From a virus, in IMG/VR virus record IMGVR_UViG_3300036820_000002, positions 32,001 to 96,000 of that record: a stretch of 64,000 nucleotides of DNA; one strand, given 5' to 3'. The number at the start of each line of letters is the position of its first letter. Positions within the stretch are counted from its first letter, which is position 1. A program made the translations under genes and the position numbers. Positions 49,643-59,422 of this stretch are shown piece by piece. A model generated the notes under the pieces. The model had not been told where the DNA came from. It worked only from the letters and a program-made list of their open reading frames with translations, and made no database searches.

Positions 49643-51607
49643 CTAGGAAATGGCCAGCTGGCCGGCAATGAGAACCGGGATCTCCGGGTCGTCGGTAATT
49701 TTCAGGTAGATGATGTAGGTGCCGATTCCCGGGTTCGCGGTTCCTGAAGGGCCGATCAGTGCCTGCGCCGAGTAGGGATACAGGACGTTGGAGGGCACCG
49801 AGATCCAGCTGCCGTTCACCCAGTCACCGGATTGCGGAACCTGGGTCGCAGTGGGCATGAAGGCGAACTGGACGGCATCCCCGGTCGGGTTATAGGCACT
49901 GCCGTTTTTCGCGGCCGTGACGGGAACGGAGATGTACTGGGTGGACAGCTGGGAGATGCCCAGCATCGAGTAACTGCCCACGACCCACTCCGCCTGCCCG
50001 GTTCCGGTGTCCCACAGGCTGCCGGGCGAGCCGGTGAGGAAGATGACGATTCCCGATGACGGGATCTGCCCGGTCGCATGGAATTGCGGGATGATACCCA
50101 GCAGTGCTGACCGGTAGTTCCCGTGCCTGCGCAGGGCCGTAAATCCTGGGTGGATGACCAGGGCCCCGGACCGCGCGTTGCCGTGAGAGCGGTATGCGGT
50201 GAATGCCGGGATGAGATCCAGGGATGCGGTGCGGTACTGCCCGTGGGCTCGCTGGGTGGTCAGTCCGGGAGTTACCGCGAGGGAGGCGGTCCGGTACTTC
50301 CCGTGGATCCTGGCAGCGGTAAACGCGGGGGTCACGGTCGTGGACGCGGTCCGGTACTTTCCTCGCGTCCGCACTGCGGTGAACGACGGGGTGACCGCGA
50401 GGGTGCTGGCCCGGTATTTTCCCCGGGTCCTGCTCGCGGTGAAGGACGGGGTGAGAGCCAGCGAGGCGGTCGCGGTATGCGCGATGCCCCCGGCCGGGGT
50501 GACTTCGACATCGACCCAGTAGTTCTCGCTGCCGGTAGTGAGCCCGGGGTACACCCAGGTGGTCTGGTAGGACCCCTGCCCGGGGCTGCCGCCGGCGTTA
50601 TCGGGAGCGGAGATGATGCCGTTGGTGATCCCGGCGCTGCCGGGCCCGGTCGACCAGTAGGCGCCGGTTACCGACATCCACTCCGACCCGGAGGCGTGGT
50701 ACGTCGAGACCTTGTAGTTCACCGACGCGGAGAGGCTGACTCCCGCTGAGGAGTAGTTGCAGTAGACCCAGCCTCCGCCGGCGGAGGCTGCCCCGCCGGC
50801 GGGGAGCAGCCAGCTCGGGGAGCTGTTGTCAGTCCCGGCGACCTCGGTGGTCGCTGAGACGTTCCACAGAGCGCACCGGGTAGGCAGGGATGCTGCCCCT
50901 GAGGGGGAGTAGTGCCAGATCTTATCCAGTGAGGAGGCCTGCGTGAGGCTGAACTCCGAGGCCAGGATGTAGCCGGTGACGTCGGAGCTGACCCCGGTGA
51001 GGTTATCCGGTAGCGAGGGCCAGAGCCGGTAGGTGGCACCGGACGGCGCGGTGGTGGTGATCTGGATGTCCAGCCAGCAGTTCCAGCCGGCGTCCGCGTC
51101 GGCGGCGAAGACGGACGTCGGGTCGGTGCTGGAGGGCTGGTAGACGCACTGGCTGTTGCCGTAAGGATCGGGATTGCTGCCGGTGCTGTCAGAGAAGGCG
51201 GTCAGCGGGCCGCTGACGATTCCTGCCGCGTAGGCGCCGCCGCTGGCGAATTCGGAATCTGTCAGCGGGAAAGGACCGGAGAATGCCGTCTGCGCCTGGT
51301 AGGTGGCGCCGGCGCTGAGCGGGACCGGCGTGGTGTAGGCAACGTAATTCCAGCCCGCGCTGAGCGTTCCTGACGTGACCTCGGTCCCGGGGACCAGGAT
51401 CCCGGCGGCACTGCCGTAGACCTGCCAGAGGCAGAATGGCTGCGCGGAGGTGCTCTGCCCGCCGGTACTGCAGACCCACCACCAGAAGCCGGCCAGGTAA
51501 AGGCCGCCGGAGGTGACCGTGAACTTGATGCCTGGCCCGAATGGCCCGGTAAAGTTCGTGGCAGCAGCCGGGCCGTTTGTCGAGGGCCACAGCCGGTAGG
51601 TGGTCAT
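49643..51607 (-). CDS. Virion protein with two DUF4082-like domains and 20-aa repeats
   Basis: G.KF.V...G.WW...GWN...P..L...Y; NYWVDVEV; seven xASLxVTPxFTAxRxxGxYR units. Confidence 0.6.
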   Translation of the reverse strand: MTTYRLWPSTNGPAAATNFTGPFGPGIKFTVTSGGLYLAGFWWWVCSTGGQSTSAQPFCLWQVYGSAAGILVPGTEVTSGTLSAGWNYVAYTTPVPLSAGATYQAQTAFSGPFPLTDSEFASGGAYAAGIVSGPLTAFSDSTGSNPDPYGNSQCVYQPSSTDPTSVFAADADAGWNCWLDIQITTTAPSGATYRLWPSLPDNLTGVSSDVTGYILASEFSLTQASSLDKIWHYSPSGAASLPTRCALWNVSATTEVAGTDNSSPSWLLPAGGAASAGGGWVYCNYSSAGVSLSASVNYKVSTYHASGSEWMSVTGAYWSTGPGSAGITNGIISAPDNAGGSPGQGSYQTTWVYPGLTTGSENYWVDVEVTPAGGIAHTATASLALTPSFTASRTRGKYRASTLAVTPSFTAVRTRGKYRTASTTVTPAFTAARIHGKYRTASLAVTPGLTTQRAHGQYRTASLDLIPAFTAYRSHGNARSGALVIHPGFTALRRHGNYRSALLGIIPQFHATGQIPSSGIVIFLTGSPGSLWDTGTGQAEWVVGSYSMLGISQLSTQYISVPVTAAKNGSAYNPTGDAVQFAFMPTATQVPQSGDWVNGSWISVPSNVLYPYSAQALIGPSGTANPGIGTYIIYLKITDDPEIPVLIAGQLAIS

Positions 51608-51655
51608 CAGACTCCCCCGGCGTTATTTTTGCTTTTCTTTTTACTCTTTTTTTTT

Positions 51656-52027
51656 TTACGAGGCTGTCGGCAGGGTAATAGTAATGCTGGTCAGGGTCAG
51701 GCTGTCGCCGGTATCCATGGTGACGCTGGAGCTCAGCGTCATGCTCAGCCCGAATGCCCCTGATGAGCTCAGCGACCAGAAGGAGATGTCGGTATCCATC
51801 TCGGCGTTAGTCCCGGCCCAGGATGTCCATTCCGGCTGATTGCTCGCGGCAATACTGCCGGCGGACGCCGACCCCCATGTCACCGCCTCGCGGGTCGTCA
51901 CCGAGGAGACGTTGGCAGTCCCTGCGCTGCCCGGGGCGCCGGTATGCAGCTGGACATAGGCGGCATCGGTGCCGGTGATGGTACCCAGTGCCGCGTCGGC
52001 GACTGCTACGGAAAGCCCGTCAGCCAT
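51656..52027 (-). CDS. Small virion protein
   Basis: YVQLHTG.PG.AGTAN...R.AVTW...GD.LTL. Confidence 0.65.
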   Translation of the reverse strand: MADGLSVAVADAALGTITGTDAAYVQLHTGAPGSAGTANVSSVTTREAVTWGSASAGSIAASNQPEWTSWAGTNAEMDTDISFWSLSSSGAFGLSMTLSSSVTMDTGDSLTLTSITITLPTAS

Positions 52028-52205
52028 GGAAGATCACCTGCTCCGGGACGGCGGAGAGAATACGCTCGCAGGCATTCCCGCACTGGCGGCAGAAATAGGT
52101 TCCCGCATTATTTCCGGGAGCCAGCTTTGCGGCACAGCAGGCCGATGATGCGCGTCTGACCTCCCCGTTCGCGGTCATGACGGGAGTAATTGAAAGGGCA
52201 GCCAC
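52020..52205 (-). CDS. Small zinc-ribbon protein
   Basis: SD GGAGG; SACC...YFCRQCG..C. Confidence 0.55.
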   Translation of the reverse strand: MAALSITPVMTANGEVRRASSACCAAKLAPGNNAGTYFCRQCGNACERILSAVPEQVIFHG

Positions 52206-52296
52206 ACACCTCCAGCAGGCCGGGGAAAGCGCGCGGGCATGATCATTCCCCAGCCACTTATATCACAGGTAAATGCAGGATGCAATAATTGAAGGA

Positions 52297-52503
52297 TCAT
52301 TCCCCGGGAACATCGGGCTGCGGAGGATTCTGCGGCGCCTGCTGGACGGCATTCAAGATAAGCGCTACGGTGACCCGGCAGGTGATCTCCAGGGCATAGG
52401 CTTCCGCCATCCCGGCATTCACCTGCCCGGCGAACAGGGCGTTGACGGCACGTCCCAGCCTGGCGAAGTCAACGGGCACGAACGGGTCTTCAGGCATCGT
52501 CAT
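52297..52503 (-). CDS. Hypothetical protein
   Basis: SD GAGGT before ATG 52503. Confidence 0.5.
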   Translation of the reverse strand: MTMPEDPFVPVDFARLGRAVNALFAGQVNAGMAEAYALEITCRVTVALILNAVQQAPQNPPQPDVPGE

Positions 52504-52723
52504 CCCACACCTCTTCCGGCCATACGATCTCTGAGTCATCATAATGGCGCCAGTATTCCACTTCCGTGCGGACAGTCCCGTTCTGGCTCCATGCCTGCCG
52601 CCGGATGCGCGGGCAGGCCCGCCAGTGAACGCCGCCGCAGTCACCGCAGGGTGCAGCCGGGCGGACCGGGAAGAGCTCGCGGAGAAGTGCCTTCTCCTCC
52701 AGGGTCGGCGCCCTTGCAGTCAT
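52490..52723 (-). CDS. Small Cys/His protein
   Basis: SD GGAG; CGDCGGVH.RACPR. Confidence 0.55.
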   Translation of the reverse strand: MTARAPTLEEKALLRELFPVRPAAPCGDCGGVHWRACPRIRRQAWSQNGTVRTEVEYWRHYDDSEIVWPEEVWDDDA

Positions 52724-52842
52724 GATCTCTCCAGGTCCAGGAAAATGCCGCATCATAATGGATAATTCCCGGGTGCGGTTCCAGCGTGCACCAGATTAGC
52801 ATGCAGCCGCATTCCAGGATGATTCTCGCGGAGGCACCGCAT

Positions 52843-54543
52843 TCAGCGGCGCCGCCAGTCCTTGCCTGCATAGACGTGGGCTCCGGTACTGCTCCCGGTG
52901 AATGCCGCCAGCTGCTTCAGGTAGAACGAAGGGTCGGTATTGCATTCCGGGCAGCTGGGCATGTTCATCGGGCGCACATGATTGTTCTCGCAGGTGCGGG
53001 AGTAAGCCATATGCCAGCGGTTAGCACGGTCCCTGACCCTCTCCTTCTCCTGCGGCGCGATTCCTGCCCCGCAGTGCCGGCACATCTTGTCCAGCAGCTG
53101 GTTGACGTTCTCCCCGCACTCCGTGCAAGGGTAGAAGCTGTACATCTCCATGTAGCTGGCGCCACTGCGGCGGGACAGCTCGATCAGCGCCCAGATCGCG
53201 GCATCCGCGCGGTCATCGTGCTGGCGGGAGCGCTCGATCTCCGGGATCATCGCGGTCAGCTGCTTCTCCATCATCTCGAACTCGCCGACCATGTGCAGCC
53301 GTCCGGCCGCTGCCAGATGAGAGATGGATTCCGCGCGGATGTACTTGCCCTTCATCGCCGCGACGCTCTTGTAGGGGATGTTCGGGTCTTCCTTGGACAG
53401 CAGCTCCGGCATGTAGTCGCCGACGGTGTTCTCGCCGACGACCAGGTCTGCCTCCCAGCGGTGGAAGGCGCTGGCGACTACCTCCATGCACCGCTTGGGG
53501 GTACCGCGCAGGGAGAGGTCCTCCAGGATGTAGAAGTGATGATCACCGCTTTCGGCGGCCACGACGATCCCGGTCTCGTCGGAGGACTCGGAGGAGGTGG
53601 ACGCCGGGTCGATGGCCACCACGATGCGGCGCCATTCCGGTACGTCCTCGGGGTAGATGCGGTACTCACAGAAGTTCTCGGCGGAGAACAAGGCGCCGTC
53701 GGAGCCCTGCACCAGCTTGCCTTCCAGCTCCTGCTGTTCCAGGTAGGTGCCCTTGTACTGGCGGCGCAGGTCCGCCAGGGCGCCCTCGGCGAAGTAGGGG
53801 TTCTCACTGGAGGAGGCGGTGGTGATGTGGAAGCGGCGCGGGTCGGCGTTCGCCATCTCCACCAGGTCGCGGATCAGCCGCAGCTTGCTGGGGGTGGTGG
53901 TGATCATCAGCCGGGGGTCGTTGTTCTTCGGCTTGATCCGCAGCGCCGGCTTGAGGCCGTAGTCGAAGAAGCGGACGTACTTGATCATGGCCAGCTCGTC
54001 GAACCAGCAGTAGCTCAGGTTGGCGCCACGGACGGAGTCGACGTTCTCGGCGGAGAACCCCTGGATGATACTGCCGTTGCGCATCGTGATGGACAGGTTG
54101 TTCTTGTTGACTTCCCGGATCTCCCCGGGCTGCGCGTTCGCCACGATGCCGGACTGTAGGTCTTCGAAGCACGTCTTGCGCACGTGGATGTAGGTGGGGG
54201 CACAGACCCCGACGTAGATCTCCGGCTCCGACAGGGCCATCGCGATCGCCCACTCGGCGCCGGCCCGGGTCTTGCCGGTACCTCGTCCGGCCAGGCAGAT
54301 CCAGGTGGTCCAGTCCCTGGTCGGGCCGTCGCAGCCGCAGGAGTAGGTGACGCCCGTCTTGGGGTGGGTCCAGGGCAGGTGGTGGCGGGGATGATCGGGA
54401 GGCAGCTGCTTGTTCCGGGCCGCCAGCTCCCAGGGGCGCGGCTCGCTGGCGGCCCGCACGGCATGAAGCCAGCGGGCTATCTCCGCGTGGGTTTCCGGGG
54501 AGAGCTTCTTCGGGTCTTTAGGCACACACTCCAGACATGGCAA
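52843..54543 (-). CDS. terL: Terminase large subunit with C-terminal zinc ribbons
   Basis: Walker A AGRGTGKT, Walker B WFDE, TTTP motif, nuclease AIDPA and DDRADA. Confidence 0.95.
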   Translation of the reverse strand: MPCLECVPKDPKKLSPETHAEIARWLHAVRAASEPRPWELAARNKQLPPDHPRHHLPWTHPKTGVTYSCGCDGPTRDWTTWICLAGRGTGKTRAGAEWAIAMALSEPEIYVGVCAPTYIHVRKTCFEDLQSGIVANAQPGEIREVNKNNLSITMRNGSIIQGFSAENVDSVRGANLSYCWFDELAMIKYVRFFDYGLKPALRIKPKNNDPRLMITTTPSKLRLIRDLVEMANADPRRFHITTASSSENPYFAEGALADLRRQYKGTYLEQQELEGKLVQGSDGALFSAENFCEYRIYPEDVPEWRRIVVAIDPASTSSESSDETGIVVAAESGDHHFYILEDLSLRGTPKRCMEVVASAFHRWEADLVVGENTVGDYMPELLSKEDPNIPYKSVAAMKGKYIRAESISHLAAAGRLHMVGEFEMMEKQLTAMIPEIERSRQHDDRADAAIWALIELSRRSGASYMEMYSFYPCTECGENVNQLLDKMCRHCGAGIAPQEKERVRDRANRWHMAYSRTCENNHVRPMNMPSCPECNTDPSFYLKQLAAFTGSSTGAHVYAGKDWRRR

Positions 54544-54596
54544 GACCCCCGGGGGAAGGTTTCCGGGGGTCTTGCGGGGTTACGGACCCTACGGCG

Positions 54597-55262
54597 TCAG
54601 CAGCCGTCGTAGGGTCTCCACGGGGAGGTGCCGTCGAGGGCGTACGCCTTTTCGAAGGCGGCATCCTGCTCGGCGGGTGAGTAGTCGCGGGCCGGGCCGG
54701 GGAGGCCGGTGATCGCGGTCCAGGTGGTGTCCAGGAAGCCGTAGAGGCCGCTGGCCGTGGAATACGGATTCTGGGCGTCAGGATTGCCTCCCGACTCGCG
54801 GGAGATGACGCACTGCTGGAATGAGCTCATTCCTTCCGTGGGGATGGCGGCGGTACTGGCCAGGGTGGCCGCAGGGCGGTGCTGCCGTTCCTGCGGCAGC
54901 GGCCCCCGGGCGCAGCGGATGACCAGGACCTCGCCGGGGATGATGATGTTGTCGTTGTTGCCGATGACGCCCCTGTTCGCGTCGTAGAGGCCGGGCCAGT
55001 CGGCGGGGGTGCCGCAGTGGCGCGCGGCCAGCACCGACAGGGTATCCCCCGGGCGGACGGTGACGCTCTCCTGGACGGCACTCGCCACGTCGTAGCTGGC
55101 GGTGAAGCCCGCACGGGGGATGGCGGCAGCGGCGGCTGCGGGGGAATGGGACACGGCGGCAGCTCCTGCTGCCACCGCGCCGGCGGCCACGGTGGTCCTG
55201 GCGGCCCTGATGACTGGTGCTGCCTTGCCGGGACGGCGGTGCCGTCCGATGCGTGACACCAT
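54597..55262 (-). CDS. Secreted LysM plus transglycosylase (Rpf-like) protein
   Basis: GRHRRP signal; VRPGDTLS LysM; CVISRESGG...ASGLYGF...TW...Q. Confidence 0.85.
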   Translation of the reverse strand: MVSRIGRHRRPGKAAPVIRAARTTVAAGAVAAGAAAVSHSPAAAAAAIPRAGFTASYDVASAVQESVTVRPGDTLSVLAARHCGTPADWPGLYDANRGVIGNNDNIIIPGEVLVIRCARGPLPQERQHRPAATLASTAAIPTEGMSSFQQCVISRESGGNPDAQNPYSTASGLYGFLDTTWTAITGLPGPARDYSPAEQDAAFEKAYALDGTSPWRPYDGC

Positions 55263-55437
55263 ACGGGTGGAGCTCCTGATGGCAGGGTGCCCGCGCAGGC
55301 GGCGTGCGCCTGCTGCATTCCCGGGGTCACGGGGAACGGACGGGCCTGGTATCATGGCCCGTGAGGCATAGGTCCCCTGGGACAAGATTTACCCAGAATG
55401 ACAGCTCCCGTCAAACCTGTCACGCGTTTCCGGGAAT

Positions 55438-55695
55438 TCATCCGGTTCCCAGCGCCTCTTTCAGTGCGATCAGCGCCTCGCTGATGAGGATCAGCTGAGC
55501 CCTGGAGTAGGCCCGGGGCTGGCGTCCCTGCCGGGAGAATGACGACATCCGGATCACTCCCGACGGCTGCAGCCTGGTGATCCTGACCAGCTCGCGGAGG
55601 TCTTTCTCCGGCATGTCCAGCAGCTGCGCGGCGATGTCCAGGGGCAGGTCATCGCCGGTGATGTCGGTGAACTGGTAGCCGGCCCAGCCGGTCAT
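55438..55695 (-). CDS. HTH-like DNA-binding protein
   Basis: AAQLLD.PE..LR.LV...GR..RAY pattern; ATGA overlap. Confidence 0.5.
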   Translation of the reverse strand: MTGWAGYQFTDITGDDLPLDIAAQLLDMPEKDLRELVRITRLQPSGVIRMSSFSRQGRQPRAYSRAQLILISEALIALKEALGTG

Positions 55696-55949
55696 CGCCA
55701 CATCCCGAAAATCAGGTGGAAGAACAGCCAGGTGAGCCCGGCCGCGAAGATACTTGCCAGAGTGTAATGCAGCCAGGTCCAGTCGGCGAAGTCGAAGGGG
55801 TTGGCCAGGCTGATCTTCTCGATGCCCCAGAACTGGTCCGAGAGGGTGTTGCGGGCGTTCACCGCGAGCCAGTAGGCTTCCGGGCCGCCGAACCCGAGGA
55901 TGAACCAGGCCAGCCAGTACCAGCCCCAGCCGCTGACACGGGGGCTCAC
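55692..55949 (-). CDS. Trp-rich two-TM membrane protein
   Basis: W..W...F...E..TLS..W...WL..H. Confidence 0.65.
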   Translation of the reverse strand: MSPRVSGWGWYWLAWFILGFGGPEAYWLAVNARNTLSDQFWGIEKISLANPFDFADWTWLHYTLASIFAAGLTWLFFHLIFGMWR

Positions 55950-56569
55950 GCTGCGGTGGGGACGCCGGGGATCCCGTCCTGCCAGACCAGCACCCAGCCG
56001 CTGAGGTGGCCGGAGTACTCCATGTGCGCGACCGGCTTGCGGCCCTGGTCATCAGTGCAGTCGCCGATGCACTGGATCAGCCCTTCCAGCGGCCTGATCC
56101 GGAGCGTGTGGCAGCGGCAGAAAGGGCAGACCGGTTCCGGCTGCCCGGGGGTGCGGGGCAGCCGGCGGGGCATCTCGGTGATGTCGAGGGCGATCTTGGC
56201 CCGGCGGGTCCAGGAGGACAGCGACCTCACCGCGATGCGCACAGAATCGTCGCAGACGGCATGAGCGAGCTGGCACAGGTTATTCACCGCTGCGGTGCTG
56301 TTCGCCCCGCTACCGCCCCGGTGGCGCACCGGGAGGCCCGCTTCCCGTTGCATCGAGGCTTCCAGCTGGCGGATCTCGGCGTGGAGATCGAGGACGGCGT
56401 CAGCGGCAGTGGCATTCCACGGCGGCTGGCTGAAGTCGAGCTTGCCTCGCCGGTGCTCGCCACCTGACGGACGGATCCCGATCACCGCTTCGAGGAGGTC
56501 CCCGAACCGGATGACGCCGTCGGCGAGAGTCCTGAGTTCTTCACGGAGCGGGATGCCGTCAGGTTTCAC
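55946..56569 (-). CDS. Actinophage helical plus zinc-ribbon protein
   Basis: S.PPWN.TAAD; CPFC..TLR...C...C. Confidence 0.65.
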   Translation of the reverse strand: MKPDGIPLREELRTLADGVIRFGDLLEAVIGIRPSGGEHRRGKLDFSQPPWNATAADAVLDLHAEIRQLEASMQREAGLPVRHRGGSGANSTAAVNNLCQLAHAVCDDSVRIAVRSLSSWTRRAKIALDITEMPRRLPRTPGQPEPVCPFCRCHTLRIRPLEGLIQCIGDCTDDQGRKPVAHMEYSGHLSGWVLVWQDGIPGVPTAA

Positions 56570-56587
56570 CTCATGAGGATAACATTT

Positions 56588-56947
56588 TCATCCCAGGCCG
56601 TCACCGCGCAGGTTCCTCACGATGGCGACAGCCTGGGTATCTTTCCGCTGCTGGTCCGGCGGCAGTTCCCGCCACGGCCGCAGGCACGGGTGCGTCCTGG
56701 GCGTGGCACACGGGTCCTTGACCTCACCCAGGACCCAGCCCAGGGCGGTCATCTCATCCGCCCACACCTCGTGGATGGCCTCGGGACCGTATCCCTGCTC
56801 GATGAGCGCGACCCGGCGGATGACCTGCTGCCGGTGCGCCCCGGAGAGGGTCTCCCAGGGGCCGTCGGGGGCGGGATCGGCGAGTGCGATATTGAGGGCG
56901 CAGTGGGCTGCATGGACGACTTGCGCGGTCTGCTCGGCAGTCAGCAT
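56588..56947 (-). CDS. RyR-domain protein
   Basis: HEVW....GW.LG..KD....THPCL.PW.ELP..Q..KD. Confidence 0.8.
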   Translation of the reverse strand: MLTAEQTAQVVHAAHCALNIALADPAPDGPWETLSGAHRQQVIRRVALIEQGYGPEAIHEVWADEMTALGWVLGEVKDPCATPRTHPCLRPWRELPPDQQRKDTQAVAIVRNLRGDGLG

Positions 56948-56993
56948 CAGGTTCTCCGTCTCTACGCTTCTGCGGGCAGTATATTCTCAGTTC

Positions 56994-57908
56994 ATGAACG
57001 ATGCGGACCGGATAGGGATAGCAGGGGACTGGCACGGCCACGCGCAGTGGGCGGTGATCGCCATCCACGCGATGGCGGCGCTGCTGGGGGAGCACCCGCT
57101 GATCCTGCAGCTCGGTGATCTCGGGGTCTACCCCGATGACGGGCGGCGGGAGTGGATGGGGCGGACCTGGACGGAGCAGACCTTCCTGGAGGCGGTCAGC
57201 GAGGCGCTGGAGGCCTGTGACGGGGAGCTCGTGTTCATTGAGGGCAACCATGAGGACCATGAGCTACTGAAGGGGAGGGAGGCGGCCTGGCGTGATGCCT
57301 GCGACGCGTTCATGGACTGCCCGTGCGGCAGCGGTGACTATGACAGCTGCCAGGACTGCACGGCCGTATACTGCACCCGTCACGGGGACGGGCAGCTGCC
57401 CCGGCCGGTGATCATCGCGCCCAGGATCACCTGGCTGCCCCGGGGGTACCGGTGGCAGTGGCATGACCGGACCTGGCTGGCCTGCGGCGGGGCGGTGTCG
57501 GTGGACAAGCTGCTGCGCACCGAGGGCACTGACTGGTTCGCGGGGGAAGAGATCACCGATGAGGAGGAGGCGATGATCATCGCCGGCGGTCATGCCGACG
57601 TGGTGGTCAGCCATGATGCCCCTCGCTGCGTGGGATTGCAGCTGATGAGCCCTCCGCCCAGGATGTGGGAGGCGATGATCCCGGCGGCGGAGGCGCACCG
57701 GGAGAGGATGCAGCGGATCGGGGAGGGAGTGACTCCTTCCTGGTGGTTCCACGGGCATTACCACCAGACCCACTGCACTGGGGTGCGGATCGGGGAGCGG
57801 GGGGGCTGGTGCGAGGTGCGCGGTCTCCACATGAACGGGTGCGACGGGAACTGGGGCATCCTGGATCTTTCCTCGATGACCTGGCTGGAACCGGGGGAGC
57901 CTGCGTGA
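56994..57908 (+). CDS. Calcineurin-like metallophosphoesterase
   Basis: GDWHG, GDLG, GNHE, GGA.SVD, SHDAP, HGHYH; Cys-rich insert. Confidence 0.9.
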   Translation: MNDADRIGIAGDWHGHAQWAVIAIHAMAALLGEHPLILQLGDLGVYPDDGRREWMGRTWTEQTFLEAVSEALEACDGELVFIEGNHEDHELLKGREAAWRDACDAFMDCPCGSGDYDSCQDCTAVYCTRHGDGQLPRPVIIAPRITWLPRGYRWQWHDRTWLACGGAVSVDKLLRTEGTDWFAGEEITDEEEAMIIAGGHADVVVSHDAPRCVGLQLMSPPPRMWEAMIPAAEAHRERMQRIGEGVTPSWWFHGHYHQTHCTGVRIGERGGWCEVRGLHMNGCDGNWGILDLSSMTWLEPGEPA

Positions 57909-58702
57909 CCGGCGTCGTGGAGTGCGGTGAATCCTACGTTTTCCCGGTGACCGGGCAGCCGGTCCGAACCGTCACCATCGACGGCGAGCCGTGGTTCGTG
58001 GGGCGAGATGTCGCCGGAGCGCTCGGGTATACCAATCCGCGCAAAGCCGTGAGGGATCACGTTCCCGCAGGTCACCATAGGGGGAACGAATCGTTCCCCC
58101 TATCTGACCTGGGCTTTCAGGCGCAGACGGTACTGATTGATGAGCCCGGCATGTACCGGCTGATCATGCGCGCCAGCACCGCGCTTGCCGAGCGGTTCCA
58201 GGAGTGGGTGACCGCTGAGGTACTGCCCGCTATCCGCACGACGGGCAACTACAGCGTTCGGTCCGTGCAGCCGCATGTGGCGGACCTCACCACGCCTGAA
58301 GGCGTGATGGTGCTGGCCGGCCTTTACCAGGACGCCGCTCGCCGGCTTGTTGATGCTACCCGGCGAGTGGCGGAGCTGGAGCCGCGAGCGGAGGCCTGGG
58401 ATTCACTGGGAAGCGGTACTGACAGCTGGTCTCTCCGTGATGCTGCCGGCATTCTTAATCAGGACTGGCAGATAGATACCGGCCAGAATAGGCTGCTGGC
58501 CTACCTGAAGGCGCAGGGGATGATTGACCGTAACGATATCCCCTATGCCCGTTACTCACGGTATCTGACGGGATGCCCCAAGGAGTACACCTCCCCTAGC
58601 GGCAAGACGGTGACACGTCGTCAGATCAGGATCACCCATGACGGGCTTGGCTACCTGCGCCGCCGTCTTGCCGGACCTGTGCAGCTGCGGCTGCTGTCCT
58701 AG
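57905..58702 (+). CDS. BRO-N/antirepressor (KilAC-like C-terminus)
   Basis: VRTV.IDGEPWFV..DVA..LGY.N...FQEWVT.EVLP.IR.TG.Y; GQNRL..YL. Confidence 0.9.
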   Translation: MTGVVECGESYVFPVTGQPVRTVTIDGEPWFVGRDVAGALGYTNPRKAVRDHVPAGHHRGNESFPLSDLGFQAQTVLIDEPGMYRLIMRASTALAERFQEWVTAEVLPAIRTTGNYSVRSVQPHVADLTTPEGVMVLAGLYQDAARRLVDATRRVAELEPRAEAWDSLGSGTDSWSLRDAAGILNQDWQIDTGQNRLLAYLKAQGMIDRNDIPYARYSRYLTGCPKEYTSPSGKTVTRRQIRITHDGLGYLRRRLAGPVQLRLLS

Positions 58703-58881
58703 AACCGGCGGTACCTGTTCCGGCGGTACTGCCGGTTCCGGCGGGCGGTGTCTTCCGCAGATGTCGCGGCCAGGAAGATGAACGCGATGAGCAGGCAGGC
58801 CCCGGCGGGACCCCACTGGCCCATGCAGGCGCTGACGAGGGCACAGAGGAAAAGCAGTGCCGCTACTCCACCTATGAACAT
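58699..58881 (-). CDS. Small two-TM protein
   Basis: SD AAAGGA; hydrophobic body, Arg-rich tail. Confidence 0.6.
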   Translation of the reverse strand: MFIGGVAALLFLCALVSACMGQWGPAGACLLIAFIFLAATSAEDTARRNRQYRRNRYRRF

Positions 58882-59251
58882 GTTGATATCCTTTCTTTTC
58901 TACGGGTAGTACAACATACCAGGGCAGCGGGATGTTCCCTGATCCCCGGTGATTGACGCCAGTCTAACCCTCTACGCGTGGAAGAGCTTTTTTTCCCTGA
59001 AATATCAAGCAGCCCTCTACACACGAGGGCTGTTTTTTTTTAACAAACTGCGGCCATGCTCCTGCTGAAACTCTCCTGCAAGCGGTTGCGCGGTTTCCGC
59101 TGATTTCCTTTTCATATCCGAGGGGGCCTGACGGCATTCCCGGTTAACTGCGTTAACTACAGGTGAATCATCCTAACCCCAAGTTAACCGCATTAGCTGA
59201 TAATTCGAACAAATGTGCGTAGAGTACATATTCGAATTATTACAGCACATC

Positions 59252-59422
59252 GTTAGCAAGACTAACCTTATTCGTTAGCAAGGCTAAGAGTAATGGTTAG
59301 TGGTGCTAAGAGTAATGGTTAGTGCTGCTAACCGTTATTGTTAGCGGTGCTAAGGGGAAGTAGTTAGCAGCACTAACCTTATTTGTTAGTTATGCTAACC
59401 ATTATCCGTTAGTATAACTAAC
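59252..59422. repeat. Array of eight GTTAG-N5-CTAA(C/G) palindromes with 22-23 bp period
   Basis: Starts at 59252, 59274, 59296, 59318, 59340, 59363, 59385 and 59408. Confidence 0.92.

Noticed and set aside
51623-51658. T11 homopolymer as a phase-variation switch
   Set aside because: It extends from a stop codon into intergenic DNA, so length changes would not alter a reading frame.
55263-55440. c-di-AMP (ydaO) riboswitch upstream of the Rpf-like gene
   Set aside because: Hairpins are present but I could not find the conserved ydaO sequence elements.
59205-59236. LexA/SOS boxes (TCGAAC-AAAT-GTGCGT and a neighbouring TTCGAA)
   Set aside because: Only one good half-site each and no clear adjacent promoter.
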